A stretch of DNA of 56,758 nucleotides from Asterionella formosa (GCA_002256025.1 NKIB01013477.1:1-56758), one strand, 5' to 3'. Counted from the first letter of the stretch, positions 24,049 to 38,100 are shown. The notes: generated by a model from the sequence alone, not told the origin. Program-made: numbers and translations.

Positions 24049-25701
24049 ATGAGCAACCAAATCAGCAACGGTAGCCGCAGAGGCACAGCCTTGAGCAGTG
24101 TTGATTTCTATAGACGTGTTCCAAAGGATTTGACCGAGGTGAGTTCCGTCGTTAATAAGGCAGAACCAAGCGGCACCTTTCAGATCCTACGAAGGATCTT
24201 GCGTGAGGGATACCAGCGCGAGGTTGCGCAATATAGGCTGTTTCTCAAAAGTGAACCGTTTTAGTCATATTTTACACATGTCATGTCAGACTCTTCCTAA
24301 CCCACATACCGTTCTGCGGACAACCTTTTAATTCAGGCAACCGCACTCGGTGCCTTCATGTCCCTATGCGCCATGGGAGTCATGGCGGTCTTATTTCTAT
24401 CCGAAACCGCTGCGTTTGCTCGAACCAACATTGCAACTTCGATTACTTTAGATGAGAACACACAGCCCCAAATTAGACTCAATTTCAACATAACCATGCT
24501 GGACTTGCACTGTGATTACGTCAGCGTTGACGTCTGGGACGCACTTGGTACCAATCGTCAAAATGTCACCAAGAATGTAGAAAAGTGGCAATTGGATTCT
24601 GACGGAAAGAGGCGCATCTTTTCGGGCAGGAATCGAGATATAAGAGAAGTAAAACATGATGAGCATGAAATGACTGTAGAAGAAATGCATGCGGAAAGTG
24701 GAACGTATGTATATGATTTGACAGAAGAAAGCTGGGATGATTTCTTGACTTCTCATGAAATGGCGTTTGTGGACATGTATGCTCCCTGGTGTGTCTGGTG
24801 TCAGAGATTGGCACCAACTTGGGAAAAGTTCGCAGAGGAAATTGCTAATACTTTGATGCCTGTTGGCGTGGGAAAGTTAGACTGTGTCGCTCAAGCGAAT
24901 TTATGTCGTAAGGAGAAGGTCTTGGCTTTTCCTACTCTACGATGGTACCACAGCAGGGTGGCTGTTAGTCCAGATTACAAGATGGATCGAACAGTGGCTG
25001 CGCTTGTGGGATTTGCCAAGCGCAAGTTAGAAATGGATGAAAAATTCAAGGAATGGGACAAGAAGGCGGCAGAATCAGACTCGACAGCAAGTGCAGCAGT
25101 TAGGGAACAAAAGAGACAACTTTACCTTCAAAATCGCCCGGAGCATCCTGGATGCCAAGTTTCTGGCTATCTCATGGTGAACCGAGTCCCTGGGAACTTT
25201 CATATCGAGGCGAAGTCCAAGAATCACAATCTTAACGCTGCTATGACGAATCTAACGCATGTTGTCAATCATTTGAGTTTTGGTGATCCCATTGAAGGAA
25301 CAAACCACAAGACGAAGAGAATATTGAAACAAGTTCCTCAGGAACATCAACAGTTTAGTCCCATGGATGGAACAATGTACTCTACGCCTGATTATCATCA
25401 GGCCTTTCATCACTACATCAAGGTCGTATCTACGCACTTGAATATGGGAAAATCGGAAGCTAACAACATGGTGACCTACCAGTTCTTGGAGCAATCACAA
25501 GTTGTTTACTACGACGTGGTCAATGTTCCGGAAGCTAGATTTAGTTATGACTTGTCGCCCATGAGTGTAGTGGTCCAGAAGGAAGGCCGCAAATGGTATG
25601 ATTACCTGACGTCACTTTGTGCCATTATTGGTGGCACCTTTACCACTTTGGGACTCATTGATGCTACGTTATACAAAGTCTTCAAGCCAAAGAAGCTGTA
25701 A
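24049..25701 (+). CDS. ERGIC/Erv41-46 family protein with inserted thioredoxin domain (PDI-C type)
   Basis: Exon 1 24049-24138 (VDFYRRVPKDLTE), intron 24139-24336. Trx motif YAPWCVWC; COPII-ERV motifs GCQVSGYLMVNRVPGNFH, FSYDLSPM, CAIIGGTFT. Confidence 0.92.
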
Positions 25702-25949
25702 ATTCTTCAAATGGTTGATACATGTTCGTTTTTGAATATAGAGAAAATTTTAGTGGGTTGTCTTTAAGGCGCTATGCTGCTTAGTTGTTTTGTGACATTC
25801 AGCGCTTAGATATGCAGATTTAATAACGGTTCCTCAATATCTTGACATGCACGGATAGTGAGTGTTAACATGTTTTTTATCAATAAAAATCGGCCGTGCG
25901 GTTCCATTGCTATCATCGTCAAACTACCGATATGCAGGTACCGACATCA

Positions 25950-27230
25950 TTACAGCCGTTCCGGAGGATCAATGCCGGTTGCCACTACACTCACTCGCAA
26001 CTGGCCTTTCAAGCTTTCATCGAATGCACTTCCGAAAATAATATTTGCATTCGCATCCTTGACTCGATCTGTCACACATTGGGCTGCCTTGTCGACTTCA
26101 AACAACGTCATATCTGCTCCACCAGTTATATTGACCAACATTCCTTTGGCAGTCGAAATGTCCATATCCTTGCTCAAAAGCGGATTGTCCAATGCCAATT
26201 GTGCCGCTTCGATAGCTCGGTTTTCTCCCGCTGCTTGTCCGGTCCCTAAGAGGGCATGTCCCATCCCATGCATAACAGACTGCACGTCGGCAAAATCCAA
26301 GTTAATCATACCCGGCGATGTCATTAAGTCTGTTATCGATTGTACTCCTCCAAGCAATACATCATCAGCCATTCCAAAGGCCTCTACAAACGATGTTTCT
26401 GGTGTCGCCAGTTGAAACAGGTTTTGATTCGGAATGACAATGAGCGTGTCAACAACTTGTTCCAGTCTAAGTAATCCTTCCAATGCCAACCTCCTGCGAT
26501 GCGATCCTTCAAATGAGAATGGCAACGTGACAACCCCCACTGTCAAAATGCCAAGCTGATAACAAATGTCTGCAATGACAGGCGCTGCCCCCGTTCCTGT
26601 CCCTCCCCCCATACCTGCCGTCACAAAAACCATGTGCGCATCCTTCAATAATGCCTCAATTTGCTCCCTACATTCTTCCGCCGCCAACCGTCCAGCATCT
26701 GGATTGGCCCCACAGCCCAATCCTCGTGTTAATTCAATGCCCAGTTGGAGTCTGTGGTCAGTCAAGGTGGTGCTCAAGTGCTGTGCGTCCGTGTTGAGTG
26801 CTAAGAAGTCTACTCCCTTGAGTTGCTTGGTAATCATGTTGTTGATAGCATTTCCCCCTGCACCTCCAACTCCGACCACGACCAATTTGGGGGCGAATTC
26901 GTAAAGTGGTGTGCCGAATGTTTTGCTTGGTGGTGGGACAGTCGGGTGGATTGGTTGAAACCCATCTTGCGAGACAGGATGAAAAATAGCTGCTGAGGTG
27001 CTGGTTCCTGTAAGTTGGAGTGCAGCGGGCTCTCCGTTAATATGAGCGGCATCAATTCCAGGAATTGGTAGCGTCGGTTTGGAAGCAGTAGAGTTGTCAA
27101 TACCAACGGCTGATGGCTCTCTGTTGAAGGCATTTAAAGGTCGATTTTGAAAGACACTTGATAATTCTCGTCGACCAAGTGTCGCTCTGCTTTTCGGAGC
27201 AAAGTGAAATGAAAGACGAGACAGAATCAT
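25950..27230 (-). CDS. ftsZ: FtsZ, mitochondrial (alphaproteobacterial-type), lacking C-terminal core peptide
   Basis: [42 protein letters not shown]. Arg/Ser-rich non-hydrophobic N-terminus like a mitochondrial presequence. Ends shortly after VVATG. Confidence 0.92.
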   Translation of the reverse strand: MILSRLSFHFAPKSRATLGRRELSSVFQNRPLNAFNREPSAVGIDNSTASKPTLPIPGIDAAHINGEPAALQLTGTSTSAAIFHPVSQDGFQPIHPTVPPPSKTFGTPLYEFAPKLVVVGVGGAGGNAINNMITKQLKGVDFLALNTDAQHLSTTLTDHRLQLGIELTRGLGCGANPDAGRLAAEECREQIEALLKDAHMVFVTAGMGGGTGTGAAPVIADICYQLGILTVGVVTLPFSFEGSHRRRLALEGLLRLEQVVDTLIVIPNQNLFQLATPETSFVEAFGMADDVLLGGVQSITDLMTSPGMINLDFADVQSVMHGMGHALLGTGQAAGENRAIEAAQLALDNPLLSKDMDISTAKGMLVNITGGADMTLFEVDKAAQCVTDRVKDANANIIFGSAFDESLKGQLRVSVVATGIDPPERL

Positions 27231-27834
27231 GTTGCCCAAACTGTTGTGTAGTTTAGTGGCTGATGAATCGTCGTTGTTTTCTGGACGTTTAATTCTTGGC
27301 AGGTGAGGCTATGTACAAAAGATACCGGTATCTGGTAAGAATACCATTTTGGCGTGTGATCAAATTATAACGACGGGATACTTCCGGTATACTGATAATA
27401 ATATACCGTTATGTGCGTCTTGGAGGCTGATTTTGAAACCTTCTCCGGAGTTGGGCCTGGTACCGGTACGTACGAGACTGTACATTTAATATCCGTACCG
27501 CTAGGCTATGTAAGACCGGTAGCTACCTACCGGTATGTAGCTAACGGTACATTCAGGACAGGGAATTATTAGGGTTAGGGTGACCCAAATCACAGTCACC
27601 TTTCATTCACAGAACCAGTACCGGTACCGGTATGTATTTAAAACAACAACTACCTAACACGGTACCTGGTACCAGATAGACTACCACTGGTGCCGGTATC
27701 TGTACCGGGTACTGTATATAAATATCTGGACCTACCGGTAAAACATAGACCAGCGTACCGTTAGGATTGCTTTTGGAGGAAAACAGGGAACTTGTTTCCA
27801 TTGCGACCTTCGTATAAGCAGATGGGCTTCCACC

Positions 27835-29100
27835 ATGGTTCGCTGCTTCCTCGTCCTCCTTTCCACGTTACTACAATGCACTCTCTGCACAGATGCGGAC
27901 TTATTTGTCTACTCCGATGAAGTTCGAGTCCTGGGACCTTCCACCTTTCCAAAACCGACTGACAAACTCCCGAATGGTGCGGTGCCTATTGTGACGCCAA
28001 TTCACGGCGAGCATCGACCCGACCACGACGCAATACTGGCATATGCGGAGGGTTATGATATTGTATGGTACTTAAGTTTTGTGGAATCATTAAAAGCCAC
28101 CGGCTTCCAGGGCGATTTGGTCTTTGCCATTGCGGAAGAAAGCATTCGGAGCAAGGGGATATTCGAATACCTATCGGCGCAACCTTTTTTGATTATCTAC
28201 TCCATCAAAATGGATTGTTTCGATACCGATCTAACCACACCAGCATCTAGGCGGGTAAAGGACAAGTCAGGAACTTTGGATATTTTTCAAATGTGTTTGC
28301 TCAACGGGGTATATGGATGGAAGGATGAACAAGGCGACGTCATTGAGGCTGCCAAGGATCCACGCATAGGTCGCGTCGTGGCGACACTGCGGTACGAATG
28401 GTATTGGATATGGACTCAGAAATATTTTCCTAACTCATGGCTGATGGTCTTGGATGCTCGAGACTCGTTCTTTCAACTCGATCCCTTTGCGAACCTCACG
28501 CGCTCTACCGATAAAACGAAAGGAAAACTATGGTTCTTTGGGGAAAATGCGAATGCCACACGATTGGGAAAGTCTACAAAGAATGCGAATTGGCTCAGGA
28601 ATGGTTATGGCCAATCGTTTTTGAACCATGTCAGGGACAAACCCACCATTTGCTCGGGCAGTACTATGGGTGAACAAGTGGCCATTGAGGAGTATTTGAG
28701 GGCGATCATCAGTGAAGATGACGAGACGCCTGTTCGAATGACGGGATCCGATCAGGGATTTCACAATTATTTGTATTATTCTAATAAGCTAAGAAATGTG
28801 CGTGCTATTGATTCCTTGAAAGTATGGGAGCAGGGCAAGGGCTTGATTAACAATTTGGGAGCCCTGAGAATAAAGACATTGGAAGATTGGGGTATCTACA
28901 ATCCCCAAACACACCAAGTTTTCAACTGGGATGGTTCATTGTCAGCTGTAGCACATCAGTGGGATCGAGATAATCATCTTCATAATTACAGAGTCAGGAC
29001 ACTCATGATCGAACTTAAACATTGGTGGAATCAGGAATACAAGAGAATGAACGAACTTGGATTGGCAGCAAGTGGAAGCTTCTTTCAACCGGTGTTATAG
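27835..29100 (+). CDS. Secreted/anchored putative GT-A-fold glycosyltransferase-like protein
   Basis: Signal peptide; motifs LDARDSFFQLDPF, ICSGSTMG, DQGFHN, AHQWDR. Confidence 0.75.
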   Translation: MVRCFLVLLSTLLQCTLCTDADLFVYSDEVRVLGPSTFPKPTDKLPNGAVPIVTPIHGEHRPDHDAILAYAEGYDIVWYLSFVESLKATGFQGDLVFAIAEESIRSKGIFEYLSAQPFLIIYSIKMDCFDTDLTTPASRRVKDKSGTLDIFQMCLLNGVYGWKDEQGDVIEAAKDPRIGRVVATLRYEWYWIWTQKYFPNSWLMVLDARDSFFQLDPFANLTRSTDKTKGKLWFFGENANATRLGKSTKNANWLRNGYGQSFLNHVRDKPTICSGSTMGEQVAIEEYLRAIISEDDETPVRMTGSDQGFHNYLYYSNKLRNVRAIDSLKVWEQGKGLINNLGALRIKTLEDWGIYNPQTHQVFNWDGSLSAVAHQWDRDNHLHNYRVRTLMIELKHWWNQEYKRMNELGLAASGSFFQPVL

Positions 29101-29352
29101 TGGGGGCTATAATATATATATTCCATTCCTCAAGAGTCAAATCATCTTGAACATAGTGTCTAATGATATGCAATCCTTTCATTTTGATTGGACATCACAG
29201 GTGTGACTTTGGAACATGCTGGCTTTTTATATGAATCACCCTGTTCTACTCTCAAAAAGCGGAAGCTATATACAGATTTTCTGGATTCCTTCAAACAATG
29301 AACTATTGTGAAACAGCAAGCAACTATCATATCACCGGTACAAATAATTCAT

Positions 29353-30080
29353 TGGTCTTGCCTTCGGGAAAGGTCTTGACCCAAAATGTTGCCGTACTTC
29401 AATAACTGGCCAAGAAAGCAGACCGTCTTGACCTTATTGGTGGCACAAGCTTGGAAGACCAAGCTGAAATTCTCACCAAGTGGTCCTCCTTCCTTGCTTC
29501 TGACCTTCACAGTTCGTTTTGGGTTGTCTTGCTTCTTCACCGAACATCATGGAAAAGAATATGGAAGGACGTAACTATTTTGTCACTGAAACAAAGACTG
29601 TGGTGCTGGATGCTCGCTCATGCTTATGCGTTTGTTTGTTGGATGTTGGAGCACTTTGCCGAGTGCATGGTGAATTTTCCAAAACCTTGCCAAGTTTGGT
29701 GCGTTGATGGCTGAGGATGAAGGTGTGAAGGAGGCTTTTAAATTTGAGAACAAGAAGGTTTTGGGGTTTCAATTGAATCTTTGGTTGTTATCAAATGATA
29801 GTGCAATAGAACATACACTCTTCACTAAGAAGCATACCGGCAAATCAGCGTAATAGTTATAGTACTACTAGCGACTAGATACAAGCTACTAGCTACAAAT
29901 CTCTATTCCCATATTGGCTCTTTACAGTGGTAGAGGTTAAATCCAATAGCATCTTTACAGTCTGCTGACTCACGAAATGGAGCTTCCTTGAAGTCGTCAT
30001 CCAATACTAGCTAGTAGTAGCTATAGCAACAAATCGAATGAGGCAGACGGTTTTGAAACATGTTTTGAGCAGGCATATTT
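29353..30080 (+). repeat. Dispersed repeat copy A (probable decayed transposon fragment)
   Basis: Near-identical to the reverse complement of ~38957-39774; carries an 87-nt net internal deletion. Confidence 0.9.
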
Positions 30081-30289
30081 TCCATTGCTCACAGCAACAG
30101 TACACAGCAAGTTGGTTGGGATGAAATATTTTGAAGCATGTAGAACTTATGTATCGCAATAGAATTTCTTACCCTATCTGGTGCTTGTGTACTAGCTTAG
30201 TCTCTCCTGACATCACAGGCTTTCTTAAGTGTTAGCTCACCAAAAATGAATCCTGCCATTCTTGAGGCAAAAATAATTCAAATCAGTGC

Positions 30290-31621
30290 CTACCGTCCTC
30301 CAAGAAAGTCAGGCATAACTCCTTTCGATCCAGAAGAATCTGGATCATTTTTTGAAGGGAACCCTGTTGCCAACACAGTAATTGAAACTTCATCAACAAG
30401 ATCATCATCCACCATGGCACCAAAGATAACGTTTGCGTTAACATCGACATTGTCATAAATAACGGTCGCGGCACGGTTCACGTCTTGCAACGACATGTTT
30501 CGGGGTCCCAAAATGTTGAAAACTACACCCGTAGCACCGCTAACGTCTTCATCAAGAAGGGGACTCGAGACAGCAGCAATAGCGGCGTCTTCAGCGCTGG
30601 TCTTTCCAACACCAGTTCCAATCCCCATTAAGGCAGTGCCCGCATTCTTCATGACCGATCGCACATCTGCAAAATCAACATTAATCAAGCCAGGCCTGAC
30701 GATGATCTCGGAAATCCCAACCACCCCTTGACGCAGAATGTCGTCGGCTACTTGAAATGCCGCAGTGACAGGAGTATCGTCAGGAATAATCTCCAACAAC
30801 TTGTTATTGGAAACAACGATGACAGTATCCACACATAGTTTAAGCTGTTCGATTGCATCCAAGGCTTGTTTCATTCGCCGTTTCCCTTCAAACGCAAAGG
30901 GCTTTGTCACAATAGCCACGGTCAGAGCACCACTCTCTTTAGCAATCGCCGACACCACTGGCGCTGCACCCGAACCCGTTCCTCCTCCCATGCCCGACGT
31001 GACAAAGCACAAGTCTGTCCCTTGAATCATGGCAGCAATGTCATCTCGCGATTCTTCGGCAGCCATTCGACCCACATCAGGGTCGCCACCTGCCCCGAGG
31101 CCACGGGTGACAGTTGAGCCAATGTTAAGGACCTTGGCGCCAAGGGCCTTTGACCTGCCCAAGGCTTGGGCATCTGTGTTGATGGCCCAGTACTCGACTC
31201 CACCGACCTGTGTTTCCAACATGCGATCGACCTGTGTGCCGTGTATTGTGTTGAGTGAGCGATGAATGATCGTAATGGCGGTGCCAGCAGAGGCTGGAAC
31301 TGCGGGCGCGGCGAATCAGCAACAACTTACAGCATTGCAACCTCCACCCCCTACACCTAATACCCGAATGACGCAAGGAGAAAGCCCTCCGTCAGGCATC
31401 AAGGCCGGAACCGACGAATGAAGAACATCCTTGACATTTCGAAATCCTAGAAAAGTCCCTCGACCGTTCTTGAGTCGATGAGGTTCCCTCGACGTAAGTT
31501 CGTCTTCGTCGCGGTACCCATTGCGTATTTCGCGCAAGGTGCGGGGAGCCTTTCTTTGACTATAGGCGTTGGTCGTCACAACAGCTGTCCAACCGAGAAG
31601 AGCAAACAGCAGGGGCTTCAT
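30290..31621 (-). CDS. ftsZ: FtsZ, plastid (cyanobacterial-type), 2 exons
   Basis: Signal peptide MKPLLFALLGWTAVVTTNA-Y plus transit-like region; intron 31330-31232. GVGGGGCNAV, GMGGGTGSG, NVDFADV; C-terminal core-like VMPDFL. Confidence 0.93.
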
Positions 31622-32885
31622 ATTGTCGTGTAATGCTTAGCGATACCAAGGATGCGGGGCTCGTCGCTTCTATTGTGTTTAACAACGTCTCTTCAAATTC
31701 AGCAGGAAAAACGTCTCGATAGGGGTTAGCAGAACACAAAAGCGAGAGAGCAGACGCAAGGGATAGCTAGAAACTGGATCAAAGGGGTGGATAGATCGCA
31801 AACTTAAAATTCATCACAGTTAGTGCCTGCCAATGGCTATCATCTCAACACCGCTCATCGGGCAACAGCCGATGCATACCGGTTGTAAAAGTACCAGTGA
31901 CTCCGTACAGAAGAGGACGTACGCACACATGAGCACGGGGTACCAGTAGTCAATCTACCAGGCGGTAGAACACTTACGTGTGGTGTTTTTCAAAAATTTT
32001 ACGCCCGGGTTCTGAAATGAATTTTGTGGTATATCCTGATAACGGTGTCGTACCTGGTACAACCAGGTGGTACACACATACCGTAACATGCGAGCGGCAG
32101 CTGTTGATTTATTGGCGGTACCTGGTACCAGTACCACCAGGATGAATCATCAGCCATGTGATCGCCCACTCTCGATCTTTTCTACCTACCAGTATGTAAG
32201 GTTGGAGTAGACTACCTGGTACCAGTTGCAACATCTTAGTGTGAGTGCCATCCCCTCGTATCTGTAACACGTGGAGCACAATGAGTGGCACGAAGTTGGA
32301 TGTTAGAATATAGCCAGGTACCTGGTACCAGGTACCCCCGGTTTTATCATTTGGATACTGCATGTTCCACAGGGATATACGACTGGCAGGATCTGCAAAA
32401 ACGTGTGATGGCTTGCTGATGGTCTACATCTCATGATATGATACACCTGTATACCGGTAATACCCTGGTACCGTAGTAGGAGTACTATTTCACATATTTA
32501 CCGTATGGATGCCTATCTGACCAGTAGTCAACTCTTTGTACCTGGTACCAGGTAGTAATAATCATGTAAAGTACAACTTCTGTAGCATACTTACCGGCAT
32601 GCAGTCCCCAATGGATCGCTGATGTCATCATTTATCAACCGTACAACAAGGTACTGGTACCAGGGTGCCCGATGTGTATCAATCATTAATATCCATCATT
32701 TTTGCTTTTTGCTGCTCGACTCCCTGTTGTGATCGACTCCAAGGTAAACGTCCTTGACGTCGACTATACTGGTAGTCGCAAGATCGTGGTGTTACTTGAT
32801 TTTCCCTTGCTACCGTCTGTAAAAATATAACATTTTGTGAAATTGATCAAAAGGTGTCCAACGAGCGAAGCCACGAAACACCAAC

Positions 32886-33634
32886 ATGAAAGTTTTTGTC
32901 GTCCTCCTCCTCGCCCTTGCGAAGTCAACGGATGCATGGGCGACAATGCCTTGTGTTGGACGTTCTTCACTAACCTTACGACTAGCCGATGGAAGTTTTG
33001 AGCCGAGTTCTACCCCATCTTCGTTTCGTGAAGCGGAAGTGCTTGGCCTCCGATTAATGCAAGAGGGAAAGTTTGAAGATGCCTTGAACGGTACGGATTT
33101 TGAGTGATGAACTACTGACATTTTGCATTTGCAGTCGTTCTCATTCGTTCTGATTTTAAAACACTTTGCCCCTTGTTTCTTTTATCACAACTACAGCGTT
33201 CAAAAATGGCATGAAATTGCCTGGATCTCGCGCCGATGTAGTTCGAACTAAACTGTTGTCAGGTCCGTCGCCTGTCGGTGGAGCATTTGGTGGATTAGAA
33301 TCATCGCGAATACTGTCCTTGGATGAATTTGAACTTCAAGCAGCCCATTACAACATGGCATGTGCATATGCTCGATTAGGGAATGCCGCAGAGGTGTGTA
33401 CAGGATGGCCCCTTGGCGTGCACGTTGACACAATTTTTCACTAACGATTGCCAACTTTTCCTTGTAAAGTCTTGCGCCAACCTGCGACTGGCATTTGAAA
33501 ATGGATTTGATAACTTTGCAACAGTAAGAGGAGATCCGGATCTTAAAGCAATTCAAAAAAGTATCGAGTATGAAGATTTGATGGAGAAATATGATTCCAA
33601 GAAGGGATTCAATCCGTTTGGGCTTTTCAAGTAA
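32886..33634 (+). CDS. Plastid-targeted TPR protein (MET1/ZKT C-terminus-like), 3 exons
   Basis: Signal MKVFVVLLLALAKSTDA-W; introns 33091-33196 and 33394-33469. YNMACAYARLG...LAFENGFDNFATVRGDPDL. Confidence 0.75.
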
Positions 33635-34074
33635 ACATACCACTGAACTTCTTGTAACTTTGGAAACGTGTTGCTTGGCGATAGAACTAAAATTGTATTG
33701 AAGCAGCGACGAGAAGATGCATGTGTGATTTCATCGCTTGGTTTCCTTCCATATACCGATTTGATTACACTAGTACCTAGGTGGGAGTCCTTTCTTGTTA
33801 CATTGGAGTAGGCTGTAGTGGACTAGCTAGCCACGAGTCCGCTCGTTAGGATGCAGTGTCTATAGATATTTCTATTATCAAGGGTTCTAGACTCTTGGTC
33901 GACAATTCCCTTAGATCTAATACGAACTGAATCAGTTGACATTGAGCAGTCGCATTTGCAACTCCTCCCATTCCGTGTCGACCAATAAAGGGTCGCTCAT
34001 AGTACCTTGGAAGGTGGTTCACACAATATAGCCTAATATGATTAGAGCATATCCTCTGGCGCTTTTAGTGAGGT

Positions 34075-34359
34075 CTAGCCCCACGCTTCCTGGAAACTGT
34101 AGTGAATTACAAGTTCACCCCTGACGCTAAAACAATCATTTAAATCTTTTAATTGTTCGTCAGGTGATGGACAAAAGGCAGAATTGCAATACAAGAATAG
34201 AGCCGACGATGGCTCCAGTTTGAGCATTTTCCGTAGAAAGGTGACAACGGACGCAAAGCGCTGATCGGCAGCTATCGCAAACTTGCTTTTCTTCATCAAC
34301 GGTGCACTGCCGACTGCGACAAAGTGGACTTTGATCTTTACTTCTCCTTCTTCCGCCAT
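34075..34359 (-). CDS. ATG12: Autophagy ubiquitin-like protein ATG12
   Basis: AVGSAPLMKKSKF, LFLYCNSAFCPSPD, C-terminal YSFQEAWG. Confidence 0.95.
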   Translation of the reverse strand: MAEEGEVKIKVHFVAVGSAPLMKKSKFAIAADQRFASVVTFLRKMLKLEPSSALFLYCNSAFCPSPDEQLKDLNDCFSVRGELVIHYSFQEAWG

Positions 34360-34774
34360 GTTGTGTTGTGATGGAGCTGATGAGGAGGAAATAATTGAAT
34401 GTGCTTTTATTGTATACTATTATACATGAAATGGATCACGAAATCTGTGGCGAAAGCAACAGTGGAAGGATTGATTCTAAATTGCCTTGTTTGGAAAGTT
34501 AAAATATCAGAAAGCAAACTTTGTTACGACAGTATCAGTCTATTCACATACCAGTCGGTACCAGGTACCGTTTTGAGTGTTCCTGGTACTCCAACCTGGT
34601 ACCAGGTACCATGCGTACCGGTATGCTTATCGTACATTACATCCGCTTGATCGATGCTGTCAACAGTCGTTAACCTTCCTCGTCTACGTGCCTCTCTTGG
34701 TTTCTCGTCGTTTGACTGGTCCGATTCTAGAAGTCGAGAGACAAGAATGTGCGTAATACATAGAGTGAACCAGG

Positions 34775-34880
34775 GTACCTGAGCAAGTTGCGGTAAATGA
34801 GAAATTTAGCTTCCCCTTAGTAAAAACCGTCTTTTACCGCAATACTCTGCCCCTCTGTTATAAGGAGGGCAGTATTTGCT
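34775..34880. mobile_element. Second member of the MITE-like family seen at 6617-6718, followed by a hairpin
   Basis: gtacctgagcaagttgcggtaaat...tttagct...tttaccgcaa, then ctgcccctc...gagggcag stem. Confidence 0.45.
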
Positions 34881-35182
34881 CATTGGGGTTATTGTTACCG
34901 CCCGTTACGAGAAAGCATTTTTTGAGAATTCTCCGTAAATACATGTACCGGTAGACGACAAGAGGACTTGCTATATATAAAATGCAAAAAACCACCTAAT
35001 TATGCATACCGGTACACTACCGGTACTGCCGGAATACCGGTATGGAGCTTCACCAATGCCTTACTACTTGTCACTACCCCTGGTACCGGTTCATGGTTGT
35101 TGGCTATCCTTCTGCCGCCCTCCAATTTGACATGCGATTTCGACGACAACTATTACTATAATGAATCTTGATCAATGGAATT

Positions 35183-38100
35183 ATGCCTCCAGCGACGAAA
35201 AAGGCAAGCAAGCGCCTCCTTCCATTGGATATCTCTGATCGCCCTCCTCCTGTCCCACCTCCTCCCATGGCCCTGATATCCCTTCTTAAATCAAACAAGG
35301 ATGTGCTGAAATACTTTTCGTCACTCCAAGCTAATGTAGATGCTGACGTTCTGAAATATAAAGCGCAAGCCAAACGGTACAAGCAAGAGTGTGTTGAATT
35401 GCAAGCAGAACTTGACAAGGCGACTAAGAATGTCTCAAAGCAACCTTCTGCGAAAAAGGAAGCCTCCAGAAGGGTAACAGCGCCAAAGGCAGCCCCACCA
35501 CCAACTACAAGAGTTCAGGATGTGCCAAAGCCATTAGCAGCTAAGGAACCATCTCAGAAAGAAAATGAAATAAATGATTGCATTTTCAATGACATGCTAA
35601 ACGAGCTTTCTTCCGAAGAGGAGGATTCTGTACAAGTCGAGACACCTGACAAAAAAGAACGATCCATTTCTTTTAGTCTCCTGCTTTCTTCAGACGAAGA
35701 CGAAAACGAAAACGACGATACAAGTACCGGTATACAGCCCAATTCAGTAGAACCAGACGTACCGAGTGCTATGATTGTGTGTCTTCGACTGGCGAGGGAT
35801 AACCTACGAAAGTTAGGAATCGCATTGACCGAATCAAAAACAGTCATGAAAGGAAGTACTAGTCCTGATACAACAATTGAATCAGAAAAGATAGATGTCG
35901 AGCATGACGAAAGTCAATCGGTGAGGCTGCTTATAGTTCGTCGATCAAACCAAGACATCGCCAGTGAAATATTTTTTGCTCTGCATTCAGTAACAAAATT
36001 TCAGAATGATTATCAACCCTTTTCGCTTCAATATTTTGTTCCGTGTCATGCCATTGACACTCATCCTGCTTACCAAGCCAAAGAGTGTGTGTTCGACGCA
36101 CTAGTCATGATGGACGCTTATTGCAGTTTCTTGCAAGACGACGATTGGGAGCTCGTCTTCGTCGAAGGCGATGAAGAGCTTAGCGTGGGCATGAAAAATC
36201 GCAAAGGCCTTGTCGTTAATATGATGGAATCACTCCACGGAGAGGTAGTAGATCTCTGGCCACGTACTGACCGGTCCACTCGGGTCATTACTAAAGCAGT
36301 GCACTTTGATCAAGAGAATGAGATAAAACAGACCGTTGAACACAAGTGCAACGAAAGATTCGGCTCAAGAAATAAAGGACGGATCGCTTTGTTGGCAGAG
36401 CGATGTATATTGGCTGAACTTCTAGTTCGGCTTTACCTTCACCGCGGTGAGTCACATGAGGCAGCTTCTCTTGTTGTCCAATACATCAATTCCAGTGCGC
36501 CATCGCTGGCTCAGAATGAATACCCGAGATATCCTCCTGTATTGAGCATCTGTATTATCGAATCAATGATCTGCTGTGGGACGGACTATTTCTTTCCTGT
36601 GTTCAAATCTTCACCGCAACTTCTGAACGCTCTTTCATTGATAATTCGTACAGTTGCAACCATCTGGAAGGAACGACTCGAAAGTGTGGATGACAGAATC
36701 ACTGACATTGCTAAAGTTGAAGTTTCTAGCTATCACCGATTTATTAAATCTGAAAGTTGTTGGTCGGGGAACAATGAGCTGACATCCCTCGTGGAATGTC
36801 GATCGGAACTTGATCAGCAGATCGATCAGCTCCAGGAGACATTTATTGGTGATCGCATTTCTCGCGAATCAATCCTTCTGACAGATCAGCTGCTGATGAT
36901 CTTAAAAGGCGATCTCGATTTTATGTGCCAGAGAATGGACAACGGGATCAAATCTATGAGTGAGGAACTTTCTGTGACGAAAAAGGTGCACATGACGGAT
37001 TTATCGGTATTCGAGCTCGCCATTGAGGTAGGTGCATGCACTTGTCGACAGCTGCTTATTCGCAGTCTTGACAGGTACCGACAGGAGCAGGGGACAATAT
37101 TGCCCATAAATGAGAGCATGAATGCCATGGAAATGTTGCGCAACCTAATGGGATTGACTATAGGATATTGCTCAAGGTCTGAGTATTCACCCCAAATCTT
37201 CTGGTTTCTGGTCAGATGCACATTGCAAGCGTGTGCAAACCTCGCTGACGGAGATAGTGCTCACAGGATTATTTCTTTTTCGATGTCTTTATCAAACTCC
37301 AATGAGTATATGCCATTTCAAACTTTACTCTCTGTTGGAGAAATGCCCACTGTCCGCATTATCAATCTTGAACGACGAGCTGATCGTTGGAACACGAGTA
37401 TTTCTCAGGCTCTCATTGAGCGCCTCCTTGTTGTCAGGGCTGTCGCAAAGCTAGATTCTGACGAAATGTGGGGTCAGCATGCATATGACGGCGTAGGCCG
37501 AACTTTTGCAGCTAATCAAAATTTGGCAAAGATAATTGGCAGGCCTTTGAATGAGCTGGTAGAAGAAAAATGGAAACCAACTGACTTGCTTGCATTTGAC
37601 TACGAAGCACGCAAAGACGAAGCACTGATACCCATGAGCCCCAGTGAACGAGCATGCGCGTTATCACATCTATGTAGCTGGAAAGGCGTGGAACGTTCCT
37701 TGAACATAAACATACCTGCATCGGATGGCTATCTAACACCTCAACTACTTCAGCTTTACAGAATATCAGGCTTCGCTCGCGGCCCACCCTTGCTTTACAC
37801 ACATGAAGCGATGCCACCTGTGCCTGTCTGTGTCATTTTGGAAGACGATGCAATCTTAGTCGATCGGTTTGTCGACCGACTGGAAGACTTGCTGGCCGAA
37901 TTGCCTCGGGATTTTCACTTTTGTTCGATTGGATACTCGAGACCCCGGACTGCACCAATGGTAGAGTTATCGTCACAACTTGGAATCCCCACTTGTCTCT
38001 GGTACCTTACTGGATATATTCTTTCCCTTGATGGGGCGAGTCACTTGTTGAAGTCCTTGCCAATAGTCGGCCCGGTAGACTCCTGGATCGGCTTGCAGAT

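Noticed and set aside
25858..26904. Long plus-strand ORFs opposite ftsZ (likewise opposite RCC1, M6, FPGS and the 49-53 kb gene)
   Set aside because: Antisense shadows of real genes, without motifs.
27568..27580. TTAGGGTTAGGG telomere-like motif
   Set aside because: Only two units, too short to call an interstitial telomere.
25950..31621. ftsZ genes as bacterial contamination or a dcw operon
   Set aside because: Organelle-targeting extensions, a spliceosomal intron and eukaryotic neighbours (ATG12, PDI-C).
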